DNA from: Azolla caroliniana
Taxonomy: Eukaryota; Plantae; Polypodiophyta
Assembly (NCBI GenBank): GCA_043228905.1
Contig: JBHGNT010000015.1
Location: 1,736,001-1,800,000 of the forward strand
Direction: 5' to 3'
Length of the DNA: 64,000 bases
The position numbers and the translations under genes are program-made. Below the pieces are notes generated by a model. That model searched no databases and was not told the DNA's origin. It saw nothing but the letters and a program-made list of their open reading frames with translations. Positions 26,274-38,170 of the stretch are shown here, in pieces (within the stretch, counting starts at the first letter, position 1; each line of letters starts with the position of its first letter).

Positions 26274-27090
26274 TGTCATGATGCCATTCACATACGATTT
26301 GGGTTTACAAGGATTCGAACCCACAACGTTATTATATATGTGTTAAATTCTTAGCCATTGTAATGATATATTTATATGTATAAAGAATTTATAGCCTATA
26401 TAGAATATTATAAAGCATTCTAAAGTATTCTAGAGTACACTATGTTCTAGATTGTTCTAGTATATTGTAGAGTGCTCTATAGTCTAGAATGTTCTAGAAT
26501 ATTTTAGCATGCTCTTTATTCTAGGACTTTCTAGAATACCCTATAAGGACTTATAAATATGCATCTAATAATTAGGGATAAACCAAATTGGTTCAAACTG
26601 TCAAGACAGAGATAAAGATAGAGAGGGAGAGGGAGAGGGAGTATCAATTGTCAAGAGAGAGAGAGAGAGAGTATTGTAAAAATATTGTATTGCACTATAA
26701 GATGGGTTACAACAAGTAACAAGGGAGCTCTAGAATGGAGTTGATAGTGTTATGATGCCACTCATATACGATTTGGGTTTACACGGATTCGAACCCACAA
26801 CGTTATTATATATGTGTCGAATTCTTAGCCATTGTAATGATATATTTATATATATAAAGAATTTATAACCTATATAGAATATTATAAAACATTATAAAGT
26901 ATTCTCGAGTACACGATGTTCTAGAATGTAGAGTATATTCTAGAGTGCTCTATAGTCTAGAATATTCTAGTGCACTCTTTATTCTAGGACTTTCTAAAAT
27001 ACCCTATAAGGACTTTTATATATGCATCTAATAATCAGGGATAAACCAAATTGGTTCAACTCCATTCTAGAGCTCCCTTGTTACTTGTTG
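26274..27090 (+). mobile_element. Small two-LTR element (TRIM-like) inserted in the LINE, with an internal inversion
   Basis: Direct repeats 26274-26597 and 26748-27059 start tgtcatg / tgttatg and carry HSE-like arrays and a TATA box. 26711-26744 is the reverse complement of 27056-27089. Confidence 0.75.
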
Positions 27091-28209
27091 AGAGTGCAAT
27101 CTCTCCTTTCCTGGCCAACATAATAACCGAGAAGACACAAGTAACTCTTTTTACAAAGAATTACAATGCTCTCTACTAGATGATGGTTTCCATACACATA
27201 ACAAGAGTGCTTCTTGCCATAAAGTAACCAAGTGTTGAACACATGAAGATCCTGGAATCCTAAGTGAAATACATCCATTTAGTAATTGCCACCATGAAGC
27301 CTTAATCGTTGTCCTCCCATGTGTTAAACCCTTGTTCTCAATTAAATATTGAACAATAGATATCCATGGTTGTGAGTTTGAACACATGTCTTGTAATAAT
27401 GAAAATCTACGAGCCATCATATGCATAGATAAGTTCAATATTCCAGCTCCCCCCAAGCACTTAGGGGTTGCTAGATGATTTCACGCAACCCAAGTGATTC
27501 CCATCTTATCCCTCTTCTTCCACAACAAATATCGAAGAGGTTACAAAACATAATGCAATGCCTTCTTTGTCCATGGCAACAATGACAAGTAATATAATAT
27601 CATAGGTTCCATAATACATTGTACAACCTTCAAGCCTACATGAAATGACCAAGATTGTGACTTTCAATACATGAACTTATCCCTCAACTTACTAGACATC
27701 CATTCAATCAATTGACCATTTGTAACATTCATTCCTAATGGATAGCCCAAGTGTCGAAAAATAGAGCCTTTCTTAACCACGATCCTTGCCATCCTAAACA
27801 TTCCAAATCCCTTTTAGTACATGATATGAGACTAGACTTTCTCCAATTAATATGTAATCTGGAAGCCAATGCAAATTGGTTCCATACAAGCATCCCCTTC
27901 TCAAGATTCTCTCGTGAGGTTTGTAGAAACATGAAAGAATCATCAGCCAAAGCTTGTGCTACTAGTTGCCCTCTAGACGGAAGATGTAGACCCACAATGT
28001 TACCATTTGTTGCAAGCCTTGGTAGCATCACTAACAAGGCATGAGTAACAATAGCAAACAACAATGGGCTAAGAGGGCATCCTTGACGAATAAATCTTGT
28101 GAGGGGAATATATGATGTAACTCCTCCATTAAGCATTACTTGAGACACCGCATCTTGTCCTAATAAAAATATGAGGCGAGACATGAGAGGTCCAAAGCCC
28201 ATTGTTGTC

Positions 28210-28261
28210 ATAGACAGGATGCCACATGGAATGGTGAGGGTTGAACCCATGACCTTCTGGT
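28210..28261 (-). mobile_element. tRNA-derived SINE fragment
   Basis: Minus strand ccagaaggtcatgggttcaaccctcaccattccatgtggcatc matches the element at 31524-31606. Confidence 0.55.
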
Positions 28262-29359
28262 CAATTGCATGTCAATTGCATGACTACAAGCAAGGATTTA
28301 TACATATCAATTGCATGACTACAAACCTCCAAACAAATAGGAAAGTGATTTGAAGTTCCTACATCTTATAGAATTGTCATACGAAGTGATGTCGGTAAAA
28401 AAGAATCATCGTGCATCACATATATTCTATCTAACCATGTCCCAACTCCATGTTTGTCTATGTTGAGCATATTGGAAAGTAAAACCTGGATCATTCCCAT
28501 GCAACCATGTCCCAACATCCAACTTCAAAACCTCCATAGCCAATGAATCCCAAGCAAGTTGTTCAAGATCATCCATGATTGAATGTTCAGACATTAAAAT
28601 CACCCATAAGTAATCTTGGACGGCCCACACATAGGGTTTGAAGGAGTGAGCCCCATAATGCAATACATTGAGTGGCTTGGTTAGGGGCATAAATCCCAAC
28701 CACACCAAAAAAAGTGATTTCTAGAACCAAAAACCGACCATAAGGATCATTATCCACCACTTGAGGAAAATATTTATCCCGCACAATTAATACCACACAT
28801 GAATAATGATTATTAAGATGTCCTCCATAGAATGATGAATATCCACGCAAATGAACTGTGGATCCTACTAACTCATGACACTTGTGCTCAACTGCACATA
28901 ATACATCCCATTCTTTACTTAAACAAAGTGTCCCATAATATATACTTCTTATGAGGAGAACATGCCCCTCTCACATTCCATGTTACCACTTTCATTCAAT
29001 GAAGAACGTAATGGGTGCACTTGCTCCCTTAAAGCAACCAATGTCATGAAACTAGTCAAAGCATGTTCCAATGTTGCATATGGATTCTCATGCACCACAT
29101 CCTTAGGGTTGTTTATCGAAATCTTTTGTTTCAGTCCTCACGCTTGATGAAAACCTCGAGAAATCGATGAATTTACAACCTGTCCCAATGAATCAAATTG
29201 ACATTGAAGGGGTAATCCCTTATCCCTAAATTGTCGTTGTCAAAGAACTTTTCGAGGACCCTCCCTAGTTCCTGAATTACCTTTTCAAGTAATCTCACGA
29301 GTAGTGGGCAAACTATTGTGTTGCATATTCATTGATTTCCCCTTCAACTTGATGCTGAA

Positions 29360-29927
29360 CAATGGGCCCGGTTTCAGCTCGAACCGAACCGAACCGTGAA
29401 ACCTTGGCTCAACGGTTTATTGGTTCAAAGATAAATAAACTGTTTGGTTTGGTTTCAAATGTTATGATTTAGTTCGGTTTTGAATTTCATGGTTTAATGG
29501 TTTAGCGGTTTCGGTTTAAAGGTTTAAAGGTTTAAAGGTTAAAAAATATTCTTAAATTTTCATTTCTAGGCTCTAACTTTCAACTTTTAATTTTAAACCT
29601 CTAGGCTCTAACTTATTAAATTTTATATACATTATAAGTAGAGTCTCCTTTTGATGTATGATTATCAAATTTATGATAAGTATGATGACTAAATTTATAA
29701 TATGTATGATGACCAAATTATGTCAGGTATGATGACCAAATTTATAATAAGCGTGATAACTAAATTTATGATGATTTATCATAATATGTATGATAATCAA
29801 TATCTCTAAAAAATGGTTTGGTTTGGTTTTAATTTATGATAATTTGGTTTGGTTTGGTTCTAAATTTTTTGTAAACGGTTTGGTTTGGTTTCAAGGCCAA
29901 GAAATAGAAATTGAACCGGGCCCATTG
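29360..29927. mobile_element. MITE (hAT-like) inserted in the LINE
   Basis: TIRs caatgggcccggtt / aaccgggcccattg, subterminal aaccg/ggttt repeats, internal ~24-bp tandem units (tatgatgaccaaatttataataag). Confidence 0.78.
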
Positions 29928-31523
29928 CTAGTCAACGACATCATTACTAGCTCTATCCAACGATTTCCCCCCCTTATCTATAACCACTAACTTTGTTTTT
30001 CCATATCCATAAATTGAGTTCCCTTATTCTTAGGGCCCAAACCTTGAAGTGAGACCTCTTTATAACCTGCTCTAGATGATGTTCCTTCATCCACGACAAC
30101 CACAATATCTGACACACCAACATCTCTCCCAAGTCCTTCCTTACCATTCCCTTCATTGCCAACCTCTATAGTTGAAGGTCAATGACAATGGCATTCCGCC
30201 ATAAAGTGACCCCATTCACCACATCCAAAACAATGACTTGCAAATGTCTCCCACTTCAATTTAAAACAAAGTCTTTTCATAGCAGGCGTGTTCATACGCA
30301 CCCATCTTGGCCTCTTACGACTTGTATCCCATAACACACAAAATCGGCACATATTTGTAGCATTTGCATGTGGAGATACCAACACTTTACCCATTTGACT
30401 CATCAACTCTGGTAAAAGTGACCATAAAAAAGCATGTTTACAATCCATTGTTACCCAAACAGGGCATTCTTATTTTAACAAAGCATGATAGCCCACTACA
30501 GGGCACCATTGCATTACATGCACCAAGCGTTTATAAAAAAACACAGGAACTTTAGCCAAGAATGCACTTCGATGTTTTGGTGAATGAAATACTACATCAT
30601 AAAACCCTCGTGGTCCTGCATATTTATTTTCAACACAATTTGGTGACATGATTATGTTCAACCATTGTTTAATCCAATTAATGTATGGGAGTTTCCAGAT
30701 AAAAGTTAATATAACCGCACGATCGTAGAATACATCAAAAGATTGCAACAATGCCTTAGCATCAACTTCCACATCAATGCATTCTTTCGCTTCATTTTCA
30801 TTTTCTTCCACAATATCAGATAACAAGGTATTGACAATTCCCCATAAATTATCCCAATTACAATGATCCTTGTCAACCTTATCTACATGTATTACTTCGG
30901 CATATGTAAATTTTTTCTCATTAATTTCCTCAATACCCTTAAACCTCTTAGAGCTTCCAATGTCTTCCCTTTCACGATTACATTCAACCATTACATTACT
31001 CTTTTTGTGATCAATTGTTTCCATATCGATGTCCCCCACAATTTGTGAGGAATTCATGTTTATATCCATTATTCTTGATGTGATTACGATCCTGGATGAA
31101 AACAATTTTCCATGAACAAGAGAGACAACCGGAACTCACTCGATTGAAGAGGTCGAAGATGATGAAGACAACAGAAGACCCGCAATGTGTGTTGAGTATT
31201 TGGATGCCAACAACACAAGATTCCTTATTTCTATTGCTACTTCTTGTATACACCACCAAATTTAACTTGCTATATCTCTTTACGAAGCTCTAATCGAGAG
31301 CTTTCTAATGCTTATCTTTGTGCCCAATTCCATTGCCGATAGAGAGCGCAACAATAAAAACAAATTCGCTTCTTCTTCTTCTTCTTCTCTCTCTCTCTCT
31401 CTCTCTTTTATCATAATTAGCTTACCCTACTGGTAAGTCAATAACACTACGAGCATTATGTCTTGGGTTCGAAACCTAATCTCCTCACCTCTCTATTATA
31501 TACTTCATATATATCTCTATTTG

Positions 31524-31606
31524 ACTAGATGCCACTGTGGAATGTAGGGGTTGAATCCATGACCACCTGGTCTCCATTGGGCAACCTTACCAACTGAGCT
31601 ACATCC
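31524..31606 (-). mobile_element. tRNA-derived SINE head / pseudo-tRNA
   Basis: Minus strand GGATGTAGCTCAGTTGGTAAG...GGTCATGGATTCAACCCCTACATTCC has an A box and a B-box-like motif but no proper anticodon arm. Confidence 0.6.
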
Positions 31607-34600
31607 ATCTGGGCTCTCCCTCTTTCTCAAGCATAACCCCATTGGGAATGGCTCCACCCCCCACCCATAAACACTTGGCACGCCCTACGACCGACCCTCC
31701 CTTGAGAAGAAGTCTCTCTCGTTCCCTCTCTGTCTGTCTGTCTACCTTCGTGTTAGAGAGTGGGGTTTGTGCGTGGACTCTTTGTGTGAGAGCCACCTTG
31801 TGATGGAGATCTCAATACTGCCTTCTACACTACGATGGAGAAGAGTTTTTCTCAATAACAATGGCAAAGCTTCCTCTAAGAATTGGGCATCTTTAATTGG
31901 TTGAAAGCTAGAGTTTTTCATTTTCTACATAGCCATCCTTCCTGCCATCAAAGCTTTCCATATCCACAATCTTTGCACACCATCTTTCTCCCTATGTCTC
32001 TCGTTTCCTCTCCGTTCTCTTCCTTCGCGACAATTTTCACGTCTTCTTCATCGCTACCATGCCTTTGTGTAGGAAAAATCATGGTAAAGCTCATAGGCCA
32101 GAGCAGAAGGAGAATGAGTAGATACACTCGTGAAGCATCGACATGTCCATAGATGATCAAACTTTGTGGGACAAGATTCCTCACAGCGCCTATGGTACTA
32201 CAAGTGCTCCATCGATGTCTTCATCTTGTGAAGACTGGATATGGCCATTCATAATGGAGATGTAGACAAACAGAAGATGATTAAGGAAGACAACACTCTC
32301 ATGGAAGAAGTTAATTCAAGGTACAAAGAGATGGAAGAACGATTGGGTATCATGTCAAACAACAAAAAATTCTTGAAGGACCTGGATGAAATGTAGGAAT
32401 GAGAATAGTAGATGCAATGTCTGAAACATTCAGTAGTGAAAATGTTTACCTTATAATAAATAATGAATACAAAAGTATGGTATTTACCATACTTCGAGGG
32501 TGTTTACCATACTCGAATGATTGAAACATTCTCGACTGCAAATGCACATATAGTACGTATGGTTCATACTATGGTGTGGACTATCACCATGCTCCTAGTG
32601 CTCAAGAATAAAGTTTTTACAATTTATTTATAATTTATTGATGAGAAACTATCATGTCGTGTCTTAGATTAATGCTACCTTTGATCATGACTTGTGACTC
32701 TTCCATATCTTCATTTTTCTATCATTCATGACTTCCAAACATTATCGTTGTTCTTGACATGGAAGTTTTTTTTGTTCGTGACTTCAAAGTTCATCTCTTT
32801 TATAGTTTTGGTGACCTTGCGTCTCTTTCCTTTGTGACTTTGGGATGTTGTCACTCATAATTTTGAAGCTCACATTGTTATGACCAACATGATACTAGAT
32901 GTGAACATCTAGTAGATTATGTGTGTTAGTATATTGTATGGTTAGTCTAATGTTATAATGTTCAAGGTGTGGTCACAAGGTGACTTTTATGCATGTCTTC
33001 CATAAAGAAATGCAAAGTGACACACATTCATGGCCTACATTTTGCATACCTGATTGTATAAATAAGGGGTTGCCGTTGTGTTTATGCTCAAGGAGTTCAA
33101 AGCAAGCTATTGGGTGTATTGGATTCTATAGACTCATCTTTCTCTTCATCGCTCTTTCTTCTTCTTTCCTCTTTCACCTGTTCACTCATCCCATTAGTCT
33201 AGCTCATTCGTTAATAATTGTCTTACATATGTAACACCATCTTTCATGATTTCAACATTCGTTTGTGCCTTTGATTTGCCTTCTTTCATTTGTTCAACAT
33301 CAGAGCTCTTCCAAAATACATTTCTTTAGTGTTGGATTCCTCTCTCCACACCACGATCGTTAGGTGGGTTCGGACTAACATCTACCCTTATGTGGATGAT
33401 GCATATATGTATCATCCCTAAGCTCGTCTTTGTTGACACTAATAACCTAAGTGAGATTCACTTAAACAACCTTTTACTCTCTAATAATCAAAATATGTTC
33501 ACCTTATTTAAATGACTTAATCACATGTTAAACAAAGTTAACGAGTAGAAGATAAAAGTAGACAAAAACCACACACGTGGTTATTACCAACATGATAAAC
33601 TTCATACAAGGGCTCCCACTACTTAACATAGAGTGCTTGAGACTTGGACCCTTAATGGGGAAGGACTTGGCTTAAGAGGATACACTCTAGCTCTAGAATG
33701 AGGAGAAGAATTATATGCTTGCATGATCAATGTGCACACAATCCATATCTATTGCCGCCCACCACATTTCTTTGTTGGCCTGAATGAAAACTAAAATTAA
33801 TTCCACTTCTACACCTCATGAGATACAAAACAATATATAATCATTTATTCAAGCTCAAATGCTCGAAAAACATTTATATGTATGTTCAACATGAATGTTT
33901 TGATGGCGATTAATGTCGGGGTAGTGAGCTAGTTAGAATTTTTCTAATGTACGAGCCTCAAAATGCTAGGTCAAAAAATGTATGTAAAGATTGAGAAGTG
34001 TGAAAGCTCAATGTTGCTCTCGGCCACAAGCTCTTTTTGAGCATCTCACAATAGAATAGATAGTGTAGGAATTAGAGAATGAAATGGCTTCTAGGATTCA
34101 TTAAGGCATATGAAATGGTCATGGGAATAGGGGTTTGGTGATTAGTGTTTAGATGATTTGAGTTTGATAAGGGATCTATGCTTTAGATGCAGAACAACTT
34201 TAAAACATATCACATTCATGATGTTTAAGTATTGGTTTTTATAGTAACAATTGTTTTTTGTTTTCAACAACTTGGGTCGTGGAAAGTGACTGTGTAAATG
34301 TGGCGGCACATCTTTAGCGTGCATTATATAAAACTAGAAATGTGTAGGATTTCTAATCCACAACCTTAAGATTGCAAAAAACACAAGCTTGATGGAATTT
34401 TATATTGCTTGTGAATCTACATGCAATTTAAGTGTCACTTCCAATACGTGGGGGGCTATCCAATGCCTCCGATGCAATGCACTTTCATATTGTTGTTTAG
34501 TGTGCCTAATATCATGTTCTGTTTAGTTTGAAGCAATCATACACCTAAATAAGTCTAGTTCCCAAAATTCTCTAGACATGTTCTTGCATATTTAATGATG

Positions 34601-35869
34601 ACATGGAAGTGGTTGCATAAACAATTATGTCACGTGGATGTCAATACTCCCTTAGAACACACTCCATATATGTCTTGCTTTTCAAGATGAAAACATGCAC
34701 ACATAAGAATTTAGAATTTTGAGTTGAAAAAGGAAATGTATATTATGGTTTCAATCCTAGGTTTACATAAGACAAATCTTTGCATAAGAATCCATTTGTC
34801 ATTACATGATTTCTTGAAAATAGGAATGGGCTCATTCTTATGGTTATTTTAGATGCCAATATATATATCATCTACAATTAATCGAAAAAGAACTTGAAAA
34901 CACAAATGCTTGATGATGGAAGATATTCTCTAGAGGTTTGGTTAGTAGGCATGCATGCATGCATACCATACCTCTTAAGCACTACATATCTCGTGACATA
35001 CCCACTCATTCCATTCGAATTCATAGTGTAAGTAAAGAGAAGAGGCCATGTTAATGAGATACTATGTGGTTCACTTACCTCATCATGTGGATATGCTTTA
35101 ACGTGAAGCAAAGCACGAATTCAAGCTACACTAAAATCACATGCAAACCTTTTTAAAAGTTGGGCACTTCCAAAGAAGAAAAGGGAAATTCAATGAATGG
35201 AAAAACAAATACATATTTCAATGCCAGTTGTAGTTGTGATTATTGTAAGTTGTTGCAACAATGCAATCCATTTCACGTCAATTTATCGTTCGATGAAACG
35301 TGATCCGCTTTTATTTGGAGCAATAGAAGTACACAAGATAAACTACAAATCATTGGTGCTTGTAGCATCGGAGAAAATACCAAGTTGTTAGTACATGGGG
35401 AACTTTAGATAGAGTTAACCTTGTCTGCAAAAGCAACACGATTGTTTTGCATCGTACAAGCTCTATTTTGTTGGCATTTTCTCTTAAAAAGGCAATATGT
35501 TAATAATTTGATAGTCTAGAGATAGATCATACATGACAATGTTTGTCAGCTAATTTTGATTAAAGAGGAAACTTAATTACTTATCAATACACATATTTCC
35601 TCTCATGAAGCCCATGTTTCAGAACATAAAGTATACTCCATCGAATGCTAAAATTTATCCCGTCTTTTATGCATACCATAAACTTTGTTAACTACTTTTG
35701 GCACTTCCCTCTTCATGCCATATCCTTTTCAATAAGAATTTGGGATAGTTTTTTCCCCTCACTAGCATTATCCATGCAATGTTTTCAAAACATTCTTCTA
35801 TTGTTTTTGTTTTGGAGATACCTTTTCAAGCATTAAATGACCCATGCAAATCCTCTTGGACGAAGATAA

Positions 35870-36120
35870 CAAGAGGAAGCATCGACACTGTTAGATAGAA
35901 GCCTTGGTTAGCAAACGTCCAAATCTTGTACCTTTTCGAATGATAACATACTTACATATACATTTTGCTAGAGAACCTCTAGGGCATTAAAAGTAAGGCT
36001 TATTTTTTAGAGAGATTAATTGTAGGAGGAAAACTAACAAGTCAATCTATCTCTAGTCTCATTGATGAAAGCATAAATGCATTTCGGAAATGGAATGATC
36101 GAGAAGTGCTTGTTTGATTA
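35870..36120 (+). pseudogene. Possible hAT transposase C-terminal remnant
   Basis: EALVSKRPNLVPF resembles the start of the hAT dimerisation domain; aaccggtt-type repeats lie at 36860-36975. Confidence 0.25.
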
Positions 36121-37149
36121 CATTATATGTCATTAGTTCATCAACCTTGTTTTTACAGTTGAAGAACGCAAACTCGAGCTTCTTTATGCTTGTTTTTGAC
36201 TAGGTAGACAAAAACATTCCAGAGCTGATTTGGCAGAGGGTATTCATGATAGGAAATATATGCAAGAGAACTTTTTGTCTACAAGTTAGAGATTGGACAA
36301 AACTAATGTGGGGAAAATGTGTATGTAGGCATGGATGATGCCACATAGGATAGAATCATGGGAGGGAGAAATGTCCCAATCCAACCACGAGGTTCATCCA
36401 CCATTTATGAGCACACTACTAGTTAAAGGTTTGGCAGAGTGTCGACAAGAAAGCCCCAGTTTCCTTGCCAAATCATATTAAGGAGTAGTTTCTTATCAAA
36501 CGTTTCGGGAGAATTTTACATTTCGAGAGTTCTTGTACAACAAACATATGGTGCATGCATGCCATGTCGTGGGCACATAGATAACGTGTTGGAAAAGGGA
36601 CAAATTCTGTTCCATTTCGGAGGCGGAACATAAAGATCTATGGAATTACCTTACGCAAATGGCCTGCTTTGAATCGGGCAAGCAACCTCTGCGAATATCA
36701 TGAGTTCTTGGAAGAAGGCCATTCATTTCCAATCCCTAAATTTGTTGTAAAATAACAGATCTACATTGCCAGAATATTGAGCTCGAGCTCGAGGTGTTTT
36801 CGGGGGGGGGGGGGGTGTTTAGGAATCGAGAACGGCTCAGGTCAAGCCTGAACGCAGCTGTTAAACCGTTTTTAAAATGGTTTGGCGACTCGGTTCCGGT
36901 TTAGGCTTTAGCTTCCTTAACCGGTTTGAGATTGGTATGTGATGGTTCAAGCCGAACCAAACCGGTTTCCAAACCAATTACTTTGTTCCTCTCTCTTTCT
37001 CTCTCTTCTCTGTTCTCTGCGGTTCTGTTTGTGTGTGCAGAGCAGAGCAAAAATGGCAATGGCAAGAGCCACCACTACAGTCCATTGATGAATGAAGGGG
37101 GTTTTCCCTCCCAATGATTGCCCCCATCCAATTCCACAGCCTCCACCCA

Positions 37150-38170
37150 ACCCTAATTCCCTCCTCACTCTCAACCGGAAACCCTAATTCTCTTCCAAAC
37201 CCCAATTCCTTACAACAAACAGTCTCAACCAAACGCTGCTTCTCTTCCCAACCCTGATTTCCTGTGACATTCTCAACCAAACCCTAAATTTTTTCACAAC
37301 GTCCTCACAAAAACCCTAATACCTTACCACAGTCTCAATCGATCCCTAATTTTTTTTTTCACAACGGTCTCAGAAAAACCCTAATTCTGTTCCAAACCCC
37401 AGTTCCTTACCACAGTCTCAACCAAACCCTAATTTTATTTTACAACGGTCTAAACAAAACCCTAATTCTCTTTTCCGACCACAGTCTCCATCCATCCCTA
37501 ATTTTATTACTACAGCAGTCTCAGCAAAACCCTAATTTTCTACCATGGTCTCAACGAAAACCTAATTTTCTTTAACAGGCTCAACCTACACTGAAACCCT
37601 AAGTTTCTACAGAATCTGAACAGTATCCTGACCGTATAAAGATTCTCAAACATTACCCTCATTTTCTTAACTAAACCCCCGATTCTCTGCTTGTAAATCC
37701 AATGGACGAATCCTCCCTTCCCCCCAATCCTCGCACTGTTGATGACGTCTTTAAAGATTTTCTTGGCCGTCGCTCAGGCGTCCTCAAAGCCCTCACATCT
37801 GGTCCGTATATCTTCTGCGAAAGCCTAATTTTTCTTACAACCTTCTTTCTTAGAAACCGCAAATACCTTTGCAAAACTTTTTGTTTCTGTAAATCTTTCT
37901 TCTAAAACCCTAATTTTTGTTTTCAGAATCTCCCCATCTAAACCCTAATTTTGTTTTGATCAATTTTGTTCCAAAGTATTAAATTAATACTCATTTGTTC
38001 TAACAAAGTCCTGCCAACTATAGTTTCTGCCTTTTTCTGCTAAACCCTAATTTCCGTTTTAGAAACCTTTCTTTCCAAACTTAGTTTTTAACAGGTTTCT
38101 GCTGAACCCAAATTTTTTTAACAATATACCTGAAGTCATTAATTCTAACAGATTTCTACGAACCCTAAAT
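37150..38170 (+). promoter_or_regulatory. Telo-box (AAACCCTAA) array around the Alfin-like start
   Basis: More than 10 AAACCCTAA copies, many within units like acagtctcaaccaaaccctaattt. Confidence 0.75.

Larger units (their letters stand above)
25780..31410 (-). mobile_element. Decayed L1-clade LINE (ORF1 plus ORF2) with nested insertions
   Basis: ORF1 (~30179-31105) has GPRGFY..F, V.QW.P and knuckle CFGCGEWGHFMAEC. ORF2 has endonuclease GIYAPN/MGDFN, RT RQGCPLSPLLF/LADD, GGAGILNL, and zf-RVT KVFIWRVL..C..EDSTHGFIQC. Confidence 0.88.

Noticed and set aside
31539-31606. Functional tRNA gene
   Set aside because: Anticodon and T arms do not pair properly; a homologous tail elsewhere indicates a SINE.
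32560-33400. Possible solo LTR with degenerate PBS (aaca-tcagagc)
   Set aside because: Ends and TSD could not be defined from the sequence alone.
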